In this document: one piece after another, positions 1 to 15,442 of the stretch
Position numbering within the stretch: the stretch's first letter is position 1
Layout of the letters: each line of letters opens with the position of its first letter
Assembly: GCA_951406725.2 (NCBI GenBank)
Contig: OX597822.1
Location: 48,236,001-48,300,000, forward strand
Length of the DNA stretch: 64,000 nucleotides
Reading direction: 5' to 3'
DNA from: Octopus vulgaris
Lineage: Eukaryota
Notes under the pieces: model-generated
The model's database searches: none
Told to the model about the DNA's origin: nothing
What the model saw: only the letters and a program-made list of their open reading frames with translations
Position numbers and translations under genes: made by a program

Positions 1-385
1 ACTTGGCAACAATGTGCCTTCTACCCCGACAAGCTTTCCTCGTCTCATCAGCATCGTAGCATATTTTCAGAGTCCGAATCCCATCTTGATATCATTCGAA
101 AAAATCCGCACAGATTGGACTAGAAAATTCAGTTCTACCTCACTTTTTGTGAACAACTTCAAGTCGTCCATGAATAGTAGATGGATAAGTTTTCCTTTAC
201 CGCTTCCGAGATCATAACCCAACTTTGTCTTTTGCAGTATTTCACTGAAGAAAATCATTCCCAGCCCAAAGTTCAATGGGGATACACTATCTCGCAGGAA
301 GACACCTCTTCCGAGTTTTATTTCTAATATATGATTCCCATATATTAATTCAGTTCTCCAACATTTTATGCTGTTCCATATAAGG
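1..385 (-). mobile_element. R4/Dong-type non-LTR retrotransposon RT fragment (5'-truncated, runs off the window)
   Basis: Minus ORF 67..522 reads GRGVFLRDSVSPL...HLLFMDDLKL...FSNDIKMGFGL, i.e. RT motifs of the GxxQGDSLSP and (Y/F)MDD type, similar to the element at 9235-11448. It abuts a (TAT)n tract. Confidence 0.85.
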
Positions 386-389
386 CAGC

Positions 390-402
390 TCATTATTATT
401 GC

Positions 403-493
<91 letters not shown>

Positions 494-520
494 ATCATCA
501 TCATCATCATCATCATTAGC
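390..520. repeat. (TAT)n/(CAT)n microsatellite
   Basis: Direct inspection. Confidence 0.95.
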
Positions 521-879
521 ATTGTTGCGTTACTAATGATTATGCCATTTGATTGACAAGTGTCACATTCCCAAGGTGGGTAGCGTGAAAATCTCCCATT
601 GAAACATCAATAAACTCCATTGCGACACTGTACAAAGAAGGAGGTAAAAAAAAAAAAACACAAATTTTTTAATGCAATATTTATTATATTTTTGTGCATT
701 TTGTATTTGATTTTTTTTGTTTGTTTTTTTGTAGTGTTTGCTTATTGTGAGTGAATGAAAATATAACGAGCGCGACGCGTCAACAATCTTTATATAACAA
801 CCCAGTTTATTTCCAGAGAAGTGGATTTTAAAAGTATAAATAATCTTGCTTAGTCACTGAAACATTTTAATATATCATT

Positions 880-1776
<897 letters not shown>

Positions 1777-1779
1777 TCA

Positions 1780-2875
1780 TTTACTGTTTTATTGATATCA
1801 GCTGGAGAGCCGCGGCCATGCTGGGACCGCTAGTTTTGCAACACTTTCGTTATTTGAAGAAATCTTCTGATATGTGGTATTTGCTGAATGAGGAGATTGT
1901 TATTGCAGATCTCATCCGTATACCATGCCGCGAGGTAAGTTCGTCCAGAATACTTGACAAGAAGAGGGATCCAGTTTTGTTTGAAGACACCTACATCCAC
2001 CCTAAGTAGGGATCTCAGGCTTTTGGGGGGAAATACTGAAGAACTATGAGCACTTGAAACCCAAGCTGTTGCAGTATCTGGTCAGGCATCTTGTTGGAGA
2101 TGTTGGGATCTTTAGCACTACGCGATGGCGCCCCTTCTGGTGTTTGTGTAACTTCCAATGCTAAAGTTTGGTACAAGCCGTTCTAAGACTTTTTAGATGT
2201 GCATCACCGCTTCGTTCAGAGCAGCAGAGTCTTGACATTTTCAGCTTTTTCCTAGTAGCTGACACGTTGAATTGAGACGATTTTCCTTGTGTAGCTTCTC
2301 CGGAGTGCTTCGAGTTCCATTGTTAATCTTACACTGTGTGGTGACAATAGTTGGAAGCAGTAGTCTAAGCGGCTGAGGACAATCATGCTTTCCTGTTCTC
2401 TCGTCCTGAAAGTTCTAAAGATCCATCCGGTCAGCCGTCCTACAAACTTAGTAATATGCATCTGGAAAAATGTATCATTACTCATGTAATTTTGATTCAG
2501 GTATTACAATCCCTCCTGCGCCAGTATATTCTGTCGGCATTTCGTTCGGTTTCATTTGCTGGTAGCGCAGGGCTTGGAATTTTCCTGCATTAAGCTGTAT
2601 GTTATTTCTCAGCCCACCTGTATACGGCATCCATCTCGTGTTGCAGGAGCGCAACATCTCCTGAGTTCTATATCCACCGAGAGATTTTTTTGCCTCATCC
2701 TCATAGCTAGCAAGGATGGCTATCTGAGCTGAGGAGGACATGTCTGAGAGGATCACTAGAAATAGCAATGGTCTGAAGACAGGGCCATGTGGAACACCGC
2801 TTACTATTTATGCTTCTTAGAGGTGACTCCATTGGCCACCACCGCCTGACTTCTATCTTTTTTAAAAGTCGTGTA
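1780..2875 (-). mobile_element. Decayed CR1-group LINE, RT C-terminal region plus 3' end
   Basis: Minus translations SGVPHGPVFRPLLFLVILSDM (degenerate SGVPQGSVLGPLLF), GWIFRTFRTRE and SRLDYCFQLLSPH; 3' tail gcggtcccagcatggccgc at ~1812-1830. Confidence 0.85.
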
Positions 2876-3102
2876 GCCACTTTCTATATATATATATATA
2901 TGATTCCTCCCATTGTTGTAGTTGTCGATTGATACCACCCACTGGCTACGCGGGCAGACCAACATTCTCCCATGACGGGATAACTGTCCGGTTACACATT
3001 TACAGCTGAGTGGACTGGCGACAAATACATACACACATACATACATAGATACATAAAGACCGAAACGCATAGCTATCAATCCATCTATCTGGCCATCATC
3101 TC

Positions 3103-3183
<81 letters not shown>

Positions 3184-3305
3184 CATACATACATACATAC
3201 ATACATACATACATACATACATACATACATACATACAAACATACATACATATACACACACGCAAATGTCACTGAATGCGACTAGAATCTTAGGAAACACC
3301 TACAT

Positions 3306-3594
3306 TGCTAGAAATAAGGGTTAAACCGTTCTATAAATACACATTAACGAATCGCTAAATCATCCAATTATTTGGATGGCGAAAACATAAATACTAATGG
3401 CGAAGCGAGTTCGGAAAGTGCCGAAGTCGAGCTGTCTTAACTGATGAGTCAACGGAAATTGCCGAAACTGACGCGTCAGTATTAAGAATTCTCGATCGGC
3501 ACTTTTCGGACGATTATGGTCCCTGTTAGTGTATATGTTTTCTTTCATGTGCGTTAACTACAGCGTTAGAGCAGTTTAGCTCTTATTTCTAGCA
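3306..3594 (+). mobile_element. ~290-bp self-complementary (rod-like) element with a central hammerhead
   Basis: Terminal inverted repeat tgctagaaataagggttaaaccgttcta (3306-3333) vs 3567-3594; inner arms ~3410-3440 and ~3482-3510 also pair. Confidence 0.7.
3435..3487 (+). ncRNA. Type I hammerhead ribozyme
   Basis: UCUUAA-CUGAUGA-GUCAA(cggaaa)UUGCC-GAAACUGAC-GC-GUCAGUA-UUAAGA: 6-bp helix I, full core, helix II with one mismatch, palindromic helix III, GUA cleavage after 3481. Confidence 0.85.
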
Positions 3595-3671
3595 TTTCTA
3601 GTAACATTTGAAATTCTCCGTTTTGTTCAAACATTGCAAACTGCTGTTTATATTAGCTGTGTGTGTGTGTG

Positions 3672-3742
<71 letters not shown>

Positions 3743-3755
3743 ATATATACACATA

Positions 3756-3840
3756 CAGGGTGGCCCAAAGCTAGGTTTACAGTTATCACGTAGGCACTTT
3801 AAATTTCTTTAAAACATTTTCATTACATTTAAATTTATAT
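3756..3840. mobile_element. Partial Tc1/mariner-type MITE (left end; second copy of 4242-4951)
   Basis: ta-cagggtggcccaaagctaggtttacagttat, near-identical to 4242-4325. Confidence 0.7.
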
Positions 3841-4010
3841 ATATACATATACACATTGAGTCGAACCAGGGGCAGCTGATGAAGGGGAATATACCTTGTA
3901 TTGTTCGTCTTGTACTCTGTTTTTTCGTTGTTAAAAAAAAGTCCGTTTCCTAGTTTCTTTTTATGTTTTCGTTTCTCGTTGTGTTCTACGTTTATTTGTG
4001 GTGTCCTGTA

Positions 4011-4050
<40 letters not shown>

Positions 4051-4180
4051 TGTATATATACATATAGATGTAGGTACGTACATATATGTATGTATGTATG
4101 CATATATTTTATTTATCAAATTGTTATTATATGACTGAGCGCCTCGCGTCGTTTCGTTTCTTTCCTCTAAGTAAGTTTTG

Positions 4181-4241
<61 letters not shown>

Positions 4242-4244
<3 letters not shown>

Positions 4245-4951
4245 GACGGTCCAAAAGTAGGTTTACAGTTATCACGTAAGCACTTTAAATTTCTTTTAAA
4301 ACATTTTATTACATTTAAATTTCTATATTACAATTAACTAAATTAGCATAGAATAATGGTTTCACTTTTTTTTTTTATAATTAAGATCTAAACCGTTAAT
4401 ATATGAATGCAAAAGTGATAGTTGAATAACTGTAAACCTACTTTTGGGCCGTGAAGGCGCAATGGCCCAGTGGTTAGGGCAACGGACTCGCGGTTTCGAT
4501 TCCCAGACCGGGCATTGTGAGTGTTTATTGAGCGAAAACACCTAAAGCTTTACGAGGCTCCAGCAGGGGCTGGTGAACCCTGCTGTACTCTTTCACTACA
4601 ACTTTCTCTCACTCTTTCTTCCTGTTTCTGTTGTGCCTGTATTTCAAAGGGCCAGTCACGCTGATTCTCCCCGAGAACTACGTTAAGGGTACACATGTCT
4701 GTGGAGTGCTCAGCCATTTGCAGGTTAATAAATGAGCTGCAACGTCACTGGTGCCAAGCTGTATCGTCGTTTGCATTTCCCTTGGACAACATTGGTGGCG
4801 TGGAGAGACGGGGCCGGTATGCTTGGGCGACTGCTGGTCTTCCATAAACAACCTTGCCCGGACTTGTGCCTGGGAGGGTAACTTTCTAGGTGCAATCCCA
4901 TGGTCATTCATGACTGAAGGGGTCACAACACAACTTTTGGGCCACCTAGTA
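4242..4951. mobile_element. Tc1/mariner-type MITE with its right TIR split by a SINE
   Basis: Left TIR caggacggtccaaaagtaggtttacagttat; right TIR ataactgtaaacctacttttgggcc|acctagta; TA flanks. Confidence 0.75.
4451..4932 (+). mobile_element. tRNA-derived SINE (family C core, alternative 3' tail) with 11-bp TSD
   Basis: A/B-box-like head (tggcccagtggttagg...ggtttcgattccc); core shared with 17880-18177; TSD acttttgggcc at 4440-4450 and 4933-4943. Confidence 0.85.
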
Positions 4952-4954
4952 TAT

Positions 4955-5062
<108 letters not shown>

Positions 5063-5134
5063 CAGAGCGAGGTTGCATGTTTTTTCTCTATGTGCATGTG
5101 TGCATGACTTTCAATAAGAGCGAAAGAGAGCCTG

Positions 5135-5353
<219 letters not shown>

Positions 5354-5684
5354 GAGATAGATAGAAAAGGGAGGGGCTGGGGCGAAAGATGAATGAAAGG
5401 AGATGGTTGACACGCATAAAGATCTATTGATTTTTCATATATAATAATATAATATAATATAATTACATAATCATGACACCCAGACATATAAATAAACACA
5501 TCGATTGTGTGTCGCACAAAACTCAGGTAAACATCTATTGTCACTTCAAATCTTCCATCCATGACACCCTCGTCGTTTTTCTCTGTACAATTGTTGTTGC
5601 TGTTAATGTTTTGTTATTGTCGTCAATGGTGTTTAATTAACTGCCAAGCATTTCATAATATTTCATGTTTTATTTTCAACAAGG

Positions 5685-5855
5685 CTCAGGCGTGGCTGTG
5701 TGGTGAGAAGCTTGCTTACCAATCACATGGTTGTGGTTTCAGCTCAACTGAGTGACAACTTGGGCAAGTGTTTTCTACTATAGCCTCGGGCCGACAAAAA
5801 GCCTTGTGAGTGGATTCGGTGGACGGAATTTGAAAGAGGCCCGTCGTTTGTGTGT

Positions 5856-5918
<63 letters not shown>

Positions 5919-6090
5919 CGTCACTACCGCTTCACAACCGGTGTTGGTGTGTTTACATCCCGATAACTTAAAGGTTCGGCAAAAGAGACCAATAGAATAA
6001 CTAAACAGGTACTGAGGTCGATTCATGCGACTAAAAAACTTATGACGGTGCCCCAGCATGGCCACAGTCTAATGGCTGAAACAATTAAAA
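5685..6090 (+). mobile_element. tRNA-derived SINE family A (octopus OR/OK-like)
   Basis: Head caggcgtggctgtgtggt, internal (TG)n, tail cggtgccccagcatggccacagtctaatggctgaaac; many copies in the window. Confidence 0.85.
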
Positions 6091-6449
6091 GCAAATAGTC
6101 TCGGCTGAACATGAGGGTCAATCATTATTATTTTCTCTCTTTCTATTCCTCCCTCACTCTCTTCCCCTCTCTCTCTCTCTCTCTCCCTCTCTCTCACTCC
6201 CCTCCCTCTCTCTCACTCACTGCATCTCCTACGGACACACAAGAGACGCAGTGGAATTGCAACGAGGTTAAGGGAGAAAGTAGGATTTTTTCTATTTTTT
6301 TATATATGCAAGATGCACAGGTACCCATAAAATCCAAGGTCACACTGGAAATTGATTTTCTCAAATACCCCAAAGGCTCCCGAAGGGTCATAGACAGGCT
6401 CCCTTACCTACGTGACCTATATCAGCAGTGAAATAAGATATTCTGAACG

Positions 6450-7716
6450 TACGAGGGGCAACTCAAAACAAACCGGCATTTTGCATTATTATTTTATTCA
6501 CTTAGTTCTACATGTTCACACTTTTATCGCCTTCAAAGTATTCTCCATTTGAAGCAACGCATCGGTCCAGACGCGTTTTCCACTGTTCGAAGCCGTCCTG
6601 GAACTCTTGCGAAGTGATGCCTTTTAACACCTGCGTCGTTTTTTTCTTCACTTCTTCCATATCTCTTTTACTCTTTTACTTGTTTCAGTCATTTGACTGC
6701 GGCCATGCTGGAGCACCGCCTTTAGTCGAGGAAATCGCCCCCAGGACTTATTCTTTGTAAGGCTAGTACTTATTCTATCGGTCTCTTTTGCCGAACCGCT
6801 ACGTTACAGAGACGTAAACACACCAGCATCAGTTGTCAAGCGATGTTGAGTGGGGGAGGACAAACACACAAACGCACACACGAATATATACATATATACG
6901 ACGGGCTTCTTTCAATTTCCGTCAACCAAATCCACTCACAAGGCTTTAGTCGGCCCGAGGCTATAGTAGAAGACACTTGCCCAAGATGTCACGCAGTGAG
7001 ACCGAACCTGGAACCATGTGGTTGGTAAGCAAGCTAAGTACCACACAGCCACTCCTGCGCCTATGATGAAAATTCATCTGTAAATTCCGTAACACCAGCT
7101 TCCGTCATCAGTGATGACCTTCGAAAAAAAGATCCAAATCAACTTCTAACTGTTCTTTCAGTTCACGACACTCATTCAGTCATGACACACGAATTTTGCT
7201 GCAACTCTTTTCATTCGCAATTCCTCGCTCAAAATTCGTTGGCAGGAGCTCCAGAGCATACCAGTCATACCAACAAGTTCGTCAATTGTTCGGTGTCACG
7301 CTCCTCCAAGATCAGTTCATGAATTTTCATCATGTCTTCATTCGTTCTGAAGGTCGACGGTCGGCCTGAACGAGGTTGGTCCTCAAGCGACAAGTAACCA
7401 TTCCAAAAGCGCGAAAACCATTCGTAAACTTGTGTATTGCTCATAGCAGTGGCCTTGTACGCTGTTTAAATCATGACGACTGTTTCGGCCCACGTTTTCT
7501 CCAGCGGAAAACAGAAATTCACGGAAGCACGCTGTTCCTTCGTTTCAACCATAGCAAAAATCGACACACCACGTGGTAGTACGACCCCGCCCGACGACGC
7601 CTGTCGGCAGACTGATGCATGAAGCTCGCATCAAATGTCTTCTAGCGGTGGAAGCCTGAACTACAACGGGTTTGTCCCACAGAGAACGGTTGCGGTCATG
7701 TTTGGGTACCCCCGTA
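6450..7716 (-). mobile_element. Internally deleted mariner element interrupted by a SINE
   Basis: TIR-like ends tacgagggg and cccccgta; minus strand encodes N-terminal TQVYEWFSRF...LEDQPRSGRPST and C-terminal FEQWKTRLDRCVASNGEYFEG. Confidence 0.85.
6664..7062 (-). mobile_element. SINE family A, full length, nested in the mariner
   Basis: Reverse complement of the family A head (ccacacagccactcctgcgcc) and tail. Confidence 0.9.
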
Positions 7717-7825
7717 TAGTGGGACTGAACCCGGGATCAGGTGATTTGGAAGCAAACTTCTTACCACACAGCCGCAACTTTGACTTTTATCTGTCATTTG
7801 TTTCAGTCATTGCACTGTGAAGATA

Positions 7826-8563
7826 GGTGGTGGCGGTGGTGGTGGTGGTGGTGGTGGTGGTGGTGGTGGTGGTGGTGGTGGTGGTGGTGGTGGTGGTGGT
7901 GGTGGTGGTGGTGGTGGTGGTGGTGGTGGTGGTGATGAGGATGGTGGTGGTGGTGGTGGTGGTGGTGGTGATGATGAGGGTGGTGGTGGTGGTGTCAACG
8001 CCATAAATCTTTTTACTAAATTATTCATTTGCGTTAAAAACACGGATATAGTGTTAAGGTCATTAATAGGAGGAGGGGCGGATGGTGGCGGTGGTGGTTG
8101 TATTAGTATGAGGAGAGGGAAGAAAATTAATTGGTAGAGGTGTTGATGTGGTGGTATGAGAGGGTAAATGGCGATTGGAGTGATATTTGTATCACGATAG
8201 TGTAAACGGGAGTATTTGAAACTGGTGGCGGAGTTTGTAATTAACGGTTGTAACTGTGGTGGTGGAGGTATTAATTTGCATTACTGGTTGATAGTGATGA
8301 TGATGGCGATGGTATTGGCAGAGGTGGTGGTTGTAGTGCTGGTTGTGTTGGTGCTGGTGATGGTGGTGATGGTGTTCGCTGATGCCGGTGCTGGTCGTAA
8401 TGGTGAAGAAGAGGCTGTAATGGTGGTAATGATGGTGGTATTGAGAGTAATTGCAGTAGTGGAGGTTACAGTGCTAAACTACTACTACTAGTACATGTAC
8501 CACTGCTACTGCTATACCTACAACTACTACAACCACTACTACTACTTGTTGTGGTAGAGTAGT

Positions 8564-8606
<43 letters not shown>

Positions 8607-8621
8607 TGTTGTTGTTGTTGT

Positions 8622-8702
<81 letters not shown>

Positions 8703-8712
8703 TGTTGTTGTT
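7826..8712. repeat. (GGT)n, (TAG)n, (CAG)n low-complexity block
   Basis: Direct inspection. Confidence 0.9.
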
Positions 8713-8938
8713 ACAGGGTAGGTGGGTCCCTTGCTGAGAGAAAGAAAAAGAATGTAATTGTCTGCGATTCCCATGGGACATGGGAGTCGCAGACAATTTG
8801 GTAACTTCTGACCCGCCAGCATGTGTGTTGTGTGCGTGTCTATACTTGTATGTAGACATGTCCGTGTGTCTGTCTGTATGACGGTAGGTAAATATGTATG
8901 AATGTTATGGACATAAATTGGCATATACCGTATCATAT

Positions 8939-8976
<38 letters not shown>

Positions 8977-9103
8977 GAGAAAATGGTCTGAGCAACACGC
9001 TTTGTTGCATAATAACTACAGTTGTTTCATCGCCACTTTACCAGAAGTAAAGAACATTAATATATAAAATATAATATACCACATCGTGCCATTATTATTA
9101 TTA

Positions 9104-9234
<131 letters not shown>

Positions 9235-11448
9235 TTTCCTTCTTTCTTCAAATTTTCTTCCGTTTCTCGCCGAGTGTTTTCCATACACCTAGGGCAGAGA
9301 AGGGCATTGTATGCATTCCCAGATTACATCGCGCAAATTCACAGATAAAATATGTATTTAAAAATTAATAAATAGATAAATTCATGGATGGATGTTATTT
9401 TCACAGCGATAATGCTCTTCTCAGTACATGAGCCGTTCCAGTTAATACCAGTTTTTGCACTTCCTGTAGGGATGGTTAGCCTGGAATCATTTTCAAATAG
9501 GTTTCAGTGCCTTTTTTTATCATTCCTAGAGATCCTACAATCACTGGTACTGTAGTCGCCTTGAGATGCCACATTTTTTTCAATTTCCATTAGCAGGTCT
9601 TTATATTTATTAATCTTGTCAAATTCTATATTGTGATCATAGGGAATACTCATGTCAATTAATAAACACATCCTTTTTGTCTGATCTTTTATAATGATAT
9701 CCGGTTTATTGGCTTTTATAGTCCTGTCGGTCTGCACGGGGAAGTCCCATAGAATTGACACATTTTCTCCCTCAGTCACAGCTTCAGGGTGATGTTTATA
9801 CCATTTGTCAGCGGTTTTGATTTTATAATGCCGACATATTGTCCAGTGTAAATACTGTCCGACTCTGTCATGTCTTGCTTTATATTCTGCAGGTGCTAAG
9901 ACTCTACACCCTGAGATTAGGTGGTCTATTGTTTCAATCTCATCGTTACAGAATCGGCATTTTGGGTCAGCTCCATTTTTCATCACATTGGCTTGGTAGT
10001 TCCGGGTAAATAAGCTTTGGTCTTGAGCAGCTAATATGAAACCTTCACTCTCTGCTTTTAGCCCTGAACTTCGTAACCATTGGTGCGTGTGTTTCTGGTC
10101 GACATTAGCTTGTTTGCTACGGGCCACATACTTGCCATGGAGAGGTTTCTGTTCCCATCTACTAGCTAAATTTTCATGTGCTTTTGTCTTTGCAATTAAT
10201 TTTATTTTCTTTGCAGCTGCAGTTGGCGCATTTCCTTCAGCCTGCTCAATCTGGCGGGTATCTAAGAGATCAGCAGCGAATTTTTTGCTCTCTTTGAGAA
10301 TAGAATGAAGTTTTTTAGGTCTTTCATGTTTTTCAACAAGTTTTAGCATCCAATCGTTGGTTGCTTCAAGGTATTTGGCCAGTCCGATTGTGGTGGTTTT
10401 GTATGTAAGTTCAAGCTGGATCAAACCTCGACCTCCCTGAGCTCTGGGAAGGTAAAGGCGATCCACGTCTGCCTTTGGATGGTGCATCTTATTACAAGTC
10501 AGTAGCTTGCGGATTTTCTTGTCATTATTTCACTAGTATTCCAGTTAAGCATATTGAAGCTATAAAGAACAACTGGTACTGCTAAGGAATTTATGGCTAA
10601 AACCTTATTATATGCATTCAGCTCAGACTTCAGGACTGCTCGAACTCTTCTATAACATTCTTTCCTAACCTTCTCTTTCATGCTTGCATGCTGGATACCA
10701 GAGCCTTAATTTATTCCTAGGTATTTATAGGTTTGTTCCTGCTCAAGTTCCTTTATTACTATTTCGACATCTAATTCGATTGAACTAGACTTTACCAATT
10801 TCCCCTTCTTAAAAGTGGCTTTGGCACACTTTTCAAGACCAAACTCCGTCCCGATATCATCACTGAATCCTTTCACAGTATGTAATAATCCTTCAAGCTC
10901 TTCATCATCTTTGCCATATAGCTTTAAGTCATCCATATAAAATAGATGGCTTAATTTTCTTGTTGTCAATTTTGTAGCCATATCCTGTTCTATTCAGTTC
11001 ATTTGAGAGTGGTATTAGTGCTATGCAGAATATTAGTGGTGAAAGTGAGTCACCTTGGAAAATTCCACAGTTTATGCTAATGTTGTTTGAGTGCAATACT
11101 TCATTAGAATGATATAATTGGAGCTTCGTGTTCCATAGTGACATATTATACTTTAAAATATCTGAAATCACAGGAGAAATTTTGAAAATATCCAGCCATT
11201 TCAGAATCCACGAATGTGGTATGCTGCCAAAGGCTTTTTTATAATCAGCCCATGAAGAGCTGAGATTTCTGCGCTTGTTATGGCAGTTCTCAAGTATCAT
11301 GCGATTAATTAGGAGCTGATCTTTACATCCGTATGAGCCTCGTCTGCATCCTTTTTGTTCAGTGGGAAAGAGGTTATTCTCTTCCATAAACGTATATGTT
11401 TTCTCTACTAGAATAGATGTCAAGATCTTATAGGTAGTAGATAAACAT
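9235..11448 (-). mobile_element. R4/Dong-clade RLE LINE, 5'-truncated and frameshifted (RT, CCHC knuckle, restriction-like endonuclease)
   Basis: ORFs 10929..11423 (EQKGC, DYKKAF, GIFQGDSLSP), 10706..10981 (YMDDLKL) and 9504..10487 (CRFC...HLISGC, RHDRV, KPDIII...LIDMSIP); C-terminus LQEVQKLVLTGTAHVLRRAL; (TAA)n on both sides. Confidence 0.93.
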
Positions 11449-11449
11449 G

Positions 11450-11878
<429 letters not shown>

Positions 11879-11916
11879 TGTCGTTGTCGTTGTTGTTGTT
11901 GTTGTTGTTGTTGTTA

Positions 11917-11984
<68 letters not shown>

Positions 11985-11985
<1 letters not shown>

Positions 11986-12133
11986 CGACGGGCTTCTTTG
12001 AGTATCAAATCCACTCACAAGGCCTTATTCGGCCCGAGGCTATAGTAGAAGACACTTGCCCAAGGTGCCACGCAGTGAGACCGAACCCGAAACTATGAGG
12101 TTGGGAAGCAAATTCCTTATCAAACAGCCACAT
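11985..12133 (-). mobile_element. SINE family A, 5' half
   Basis: cgacgggcttc...gacacttgcccaaggtgccacgcagtg. Confidence 0.85.
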
Positions 12134-12358
12134 GTATGTGTATGTGTGTATATATACACATATATATGTGTGCGTGTATGTGTGTGTATTGATATATAAA
12201 GTACATATATATGCATAGATACCTACATATATGTGTGTATACCCATATACACACACACACACAGTTGTTTATCTTCTTCGTTTACCCAATCTCTTTAACT
12301 CTCATCTTCTCTTCTCGCGTTCTTTTTTTCTTAACTGTGCTTAACTCTCTCCTCCCCC

Positions 12359-13770
<1,412 letters not shown>

Positions 13771-13904
13771 GTTAGCGATAATACATCGTAACTAAGAGTT
13801 TCACACACTGGGGTGGGGCGTTGATAATCATCACGCAACAACAACAAAAATCGACCTCTTACACAAATATTATTCACCCCAATATGAAGTAACCAGACGA
13901 CAGT

Positions 13905-14270
13905 GCGCTGGCACAACCGGCAGCACACCGGGCAGAATAATTAGCGGCATTTCGTCCGTCTTTGCGTTGAGTTCAAATCCTGCCGCGGTCGACTTTGCCT
14001 TTCATCTTTCCGGAGGTCGATGAAATAAGTAACAGTTGAGCACTGTAATCGATTCACAACCTCACCGAAATTGCTGGCTTTGTGCCAAAATTTGAAACCA
14101 ATATTAAATAACCTGAAAGGCGGTGATCTGGCAGAATTGTTATTGCATCAGACAAATCATTTGCGACATTTCTTCCGACTCTTACTGTTCTGCTTTCAAA
14201 TCCCGCTGAGGTCAACTTTACCCTTCATCCCTTTATGAATCAAAGAACATAGAGCACCAGTCAAGTACTG
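13905..14270 (+). mobile_element. Two tandem SINE family B copies
   Basis: Head ggcggtgatctggcagaa; gagttcaaatcc; gactttgcctttcatctttccggaggtcgat (Meta-domain-like core). Confidence 0.8.
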
Positions 14271-14696
14271 TTAGATACATGGTATTAACAGCAGTCTTTC
14301 ATGCATTTTTTATCATAAAATGTAACTTCGATACATCTGTTCCATAATATCTAATTTTATCATTAAGATAAAATTAAATATACCCTCATTCACATATAAT
14401 CCTTTATACGTTTACAGATCGGATTATCGTCTGATTTACTTTTTGTTTTATCAGTAAATGCTAAACCATACAAAGCAAAAAAGAAAACCAATTTTTCATA
14501 GGTTTTAATTACAACCATTTCTTAGTCGACCACCGTTAAAGTAAATTATTTATTAGAAGCAACATTAAATTAAGCTACAGCTGCTTCACTGATATGAAAA
14601 ACCTAATTATAAATTAACCAACCAATCCAACACCAACCCATGCCATCTTACTCTGTGACGCAGATGTGTCTCAGGTTAGTGTTTTAGTGTTGTTCT

Positions 14697-14758
<62 letters not shown>

Positions 14759-14976
14759 GGTCGAATATGCGTTTGTGATAAAAGAGGTGAATCGTGGTTT
14801 AGAAATATCGATGATGATGGTTGGTATCACTACAACATTAAGTCAGCCAACGTATAGCCTGAAGATTCCTGAACGTTTCCCTTTCGTCTTTTTTTGTTGT
14901 ACATTCTGTGATTTTGTTTTGTCTTGGGAAGTTCATTACATCAATAATAATAATAATAATAATAAAAATGATGATG

Positions 14977-15039
<63 letters not shown>

Positions 15040-15221
15040 CACGCACTGGTTCAACATCAATTAATTGTGATTATATTATCTAACGTGTTTGTCCTTTTAA
15101 AGAAAATAGACATGATATGATATGAGAGAGATTTGGTTGATTTTTCCATAAGGTCGAGCGACCGCTTCAAAGTTTTCTTTGTTTGAGGTAGAATTGTGTT
15201 GTAGTAATATGAACTCGTAAA

Positions 15222-15442
15222 ACGGAAAGCGTCGAACTGGGTGAATCGTTTGCACGGCTGGCAAAATGCTCAGCATTTTGTCCGTCTTTAAGTTCTGAGT
15301 TCAAATTCCGCCGAGGTTGAATTTGCCTTTCATTCTTTCGAGGTCGATAAAATTAGTACCAGTTGAGCACTGGGGTCGATGTAATCGACTTACGCCCCCT
15401 CCCCCTCCTAAACTTGCTGGCTTTATGCCAAAATTTGAAACC
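15222..15442 (+). mobile_element. SINE family B with 16-bp TSD
   Basis: TSD aatatgaactcgtaaa at 15206-15221 and 15443-15458. Confidence 0.85.

Noticed and set aside
2030-2080. CTGAAGA...GAAAC as a hammerhead
   Set aside because: Lies antisense to CR1 coding sequence and helices II and III do not pair.
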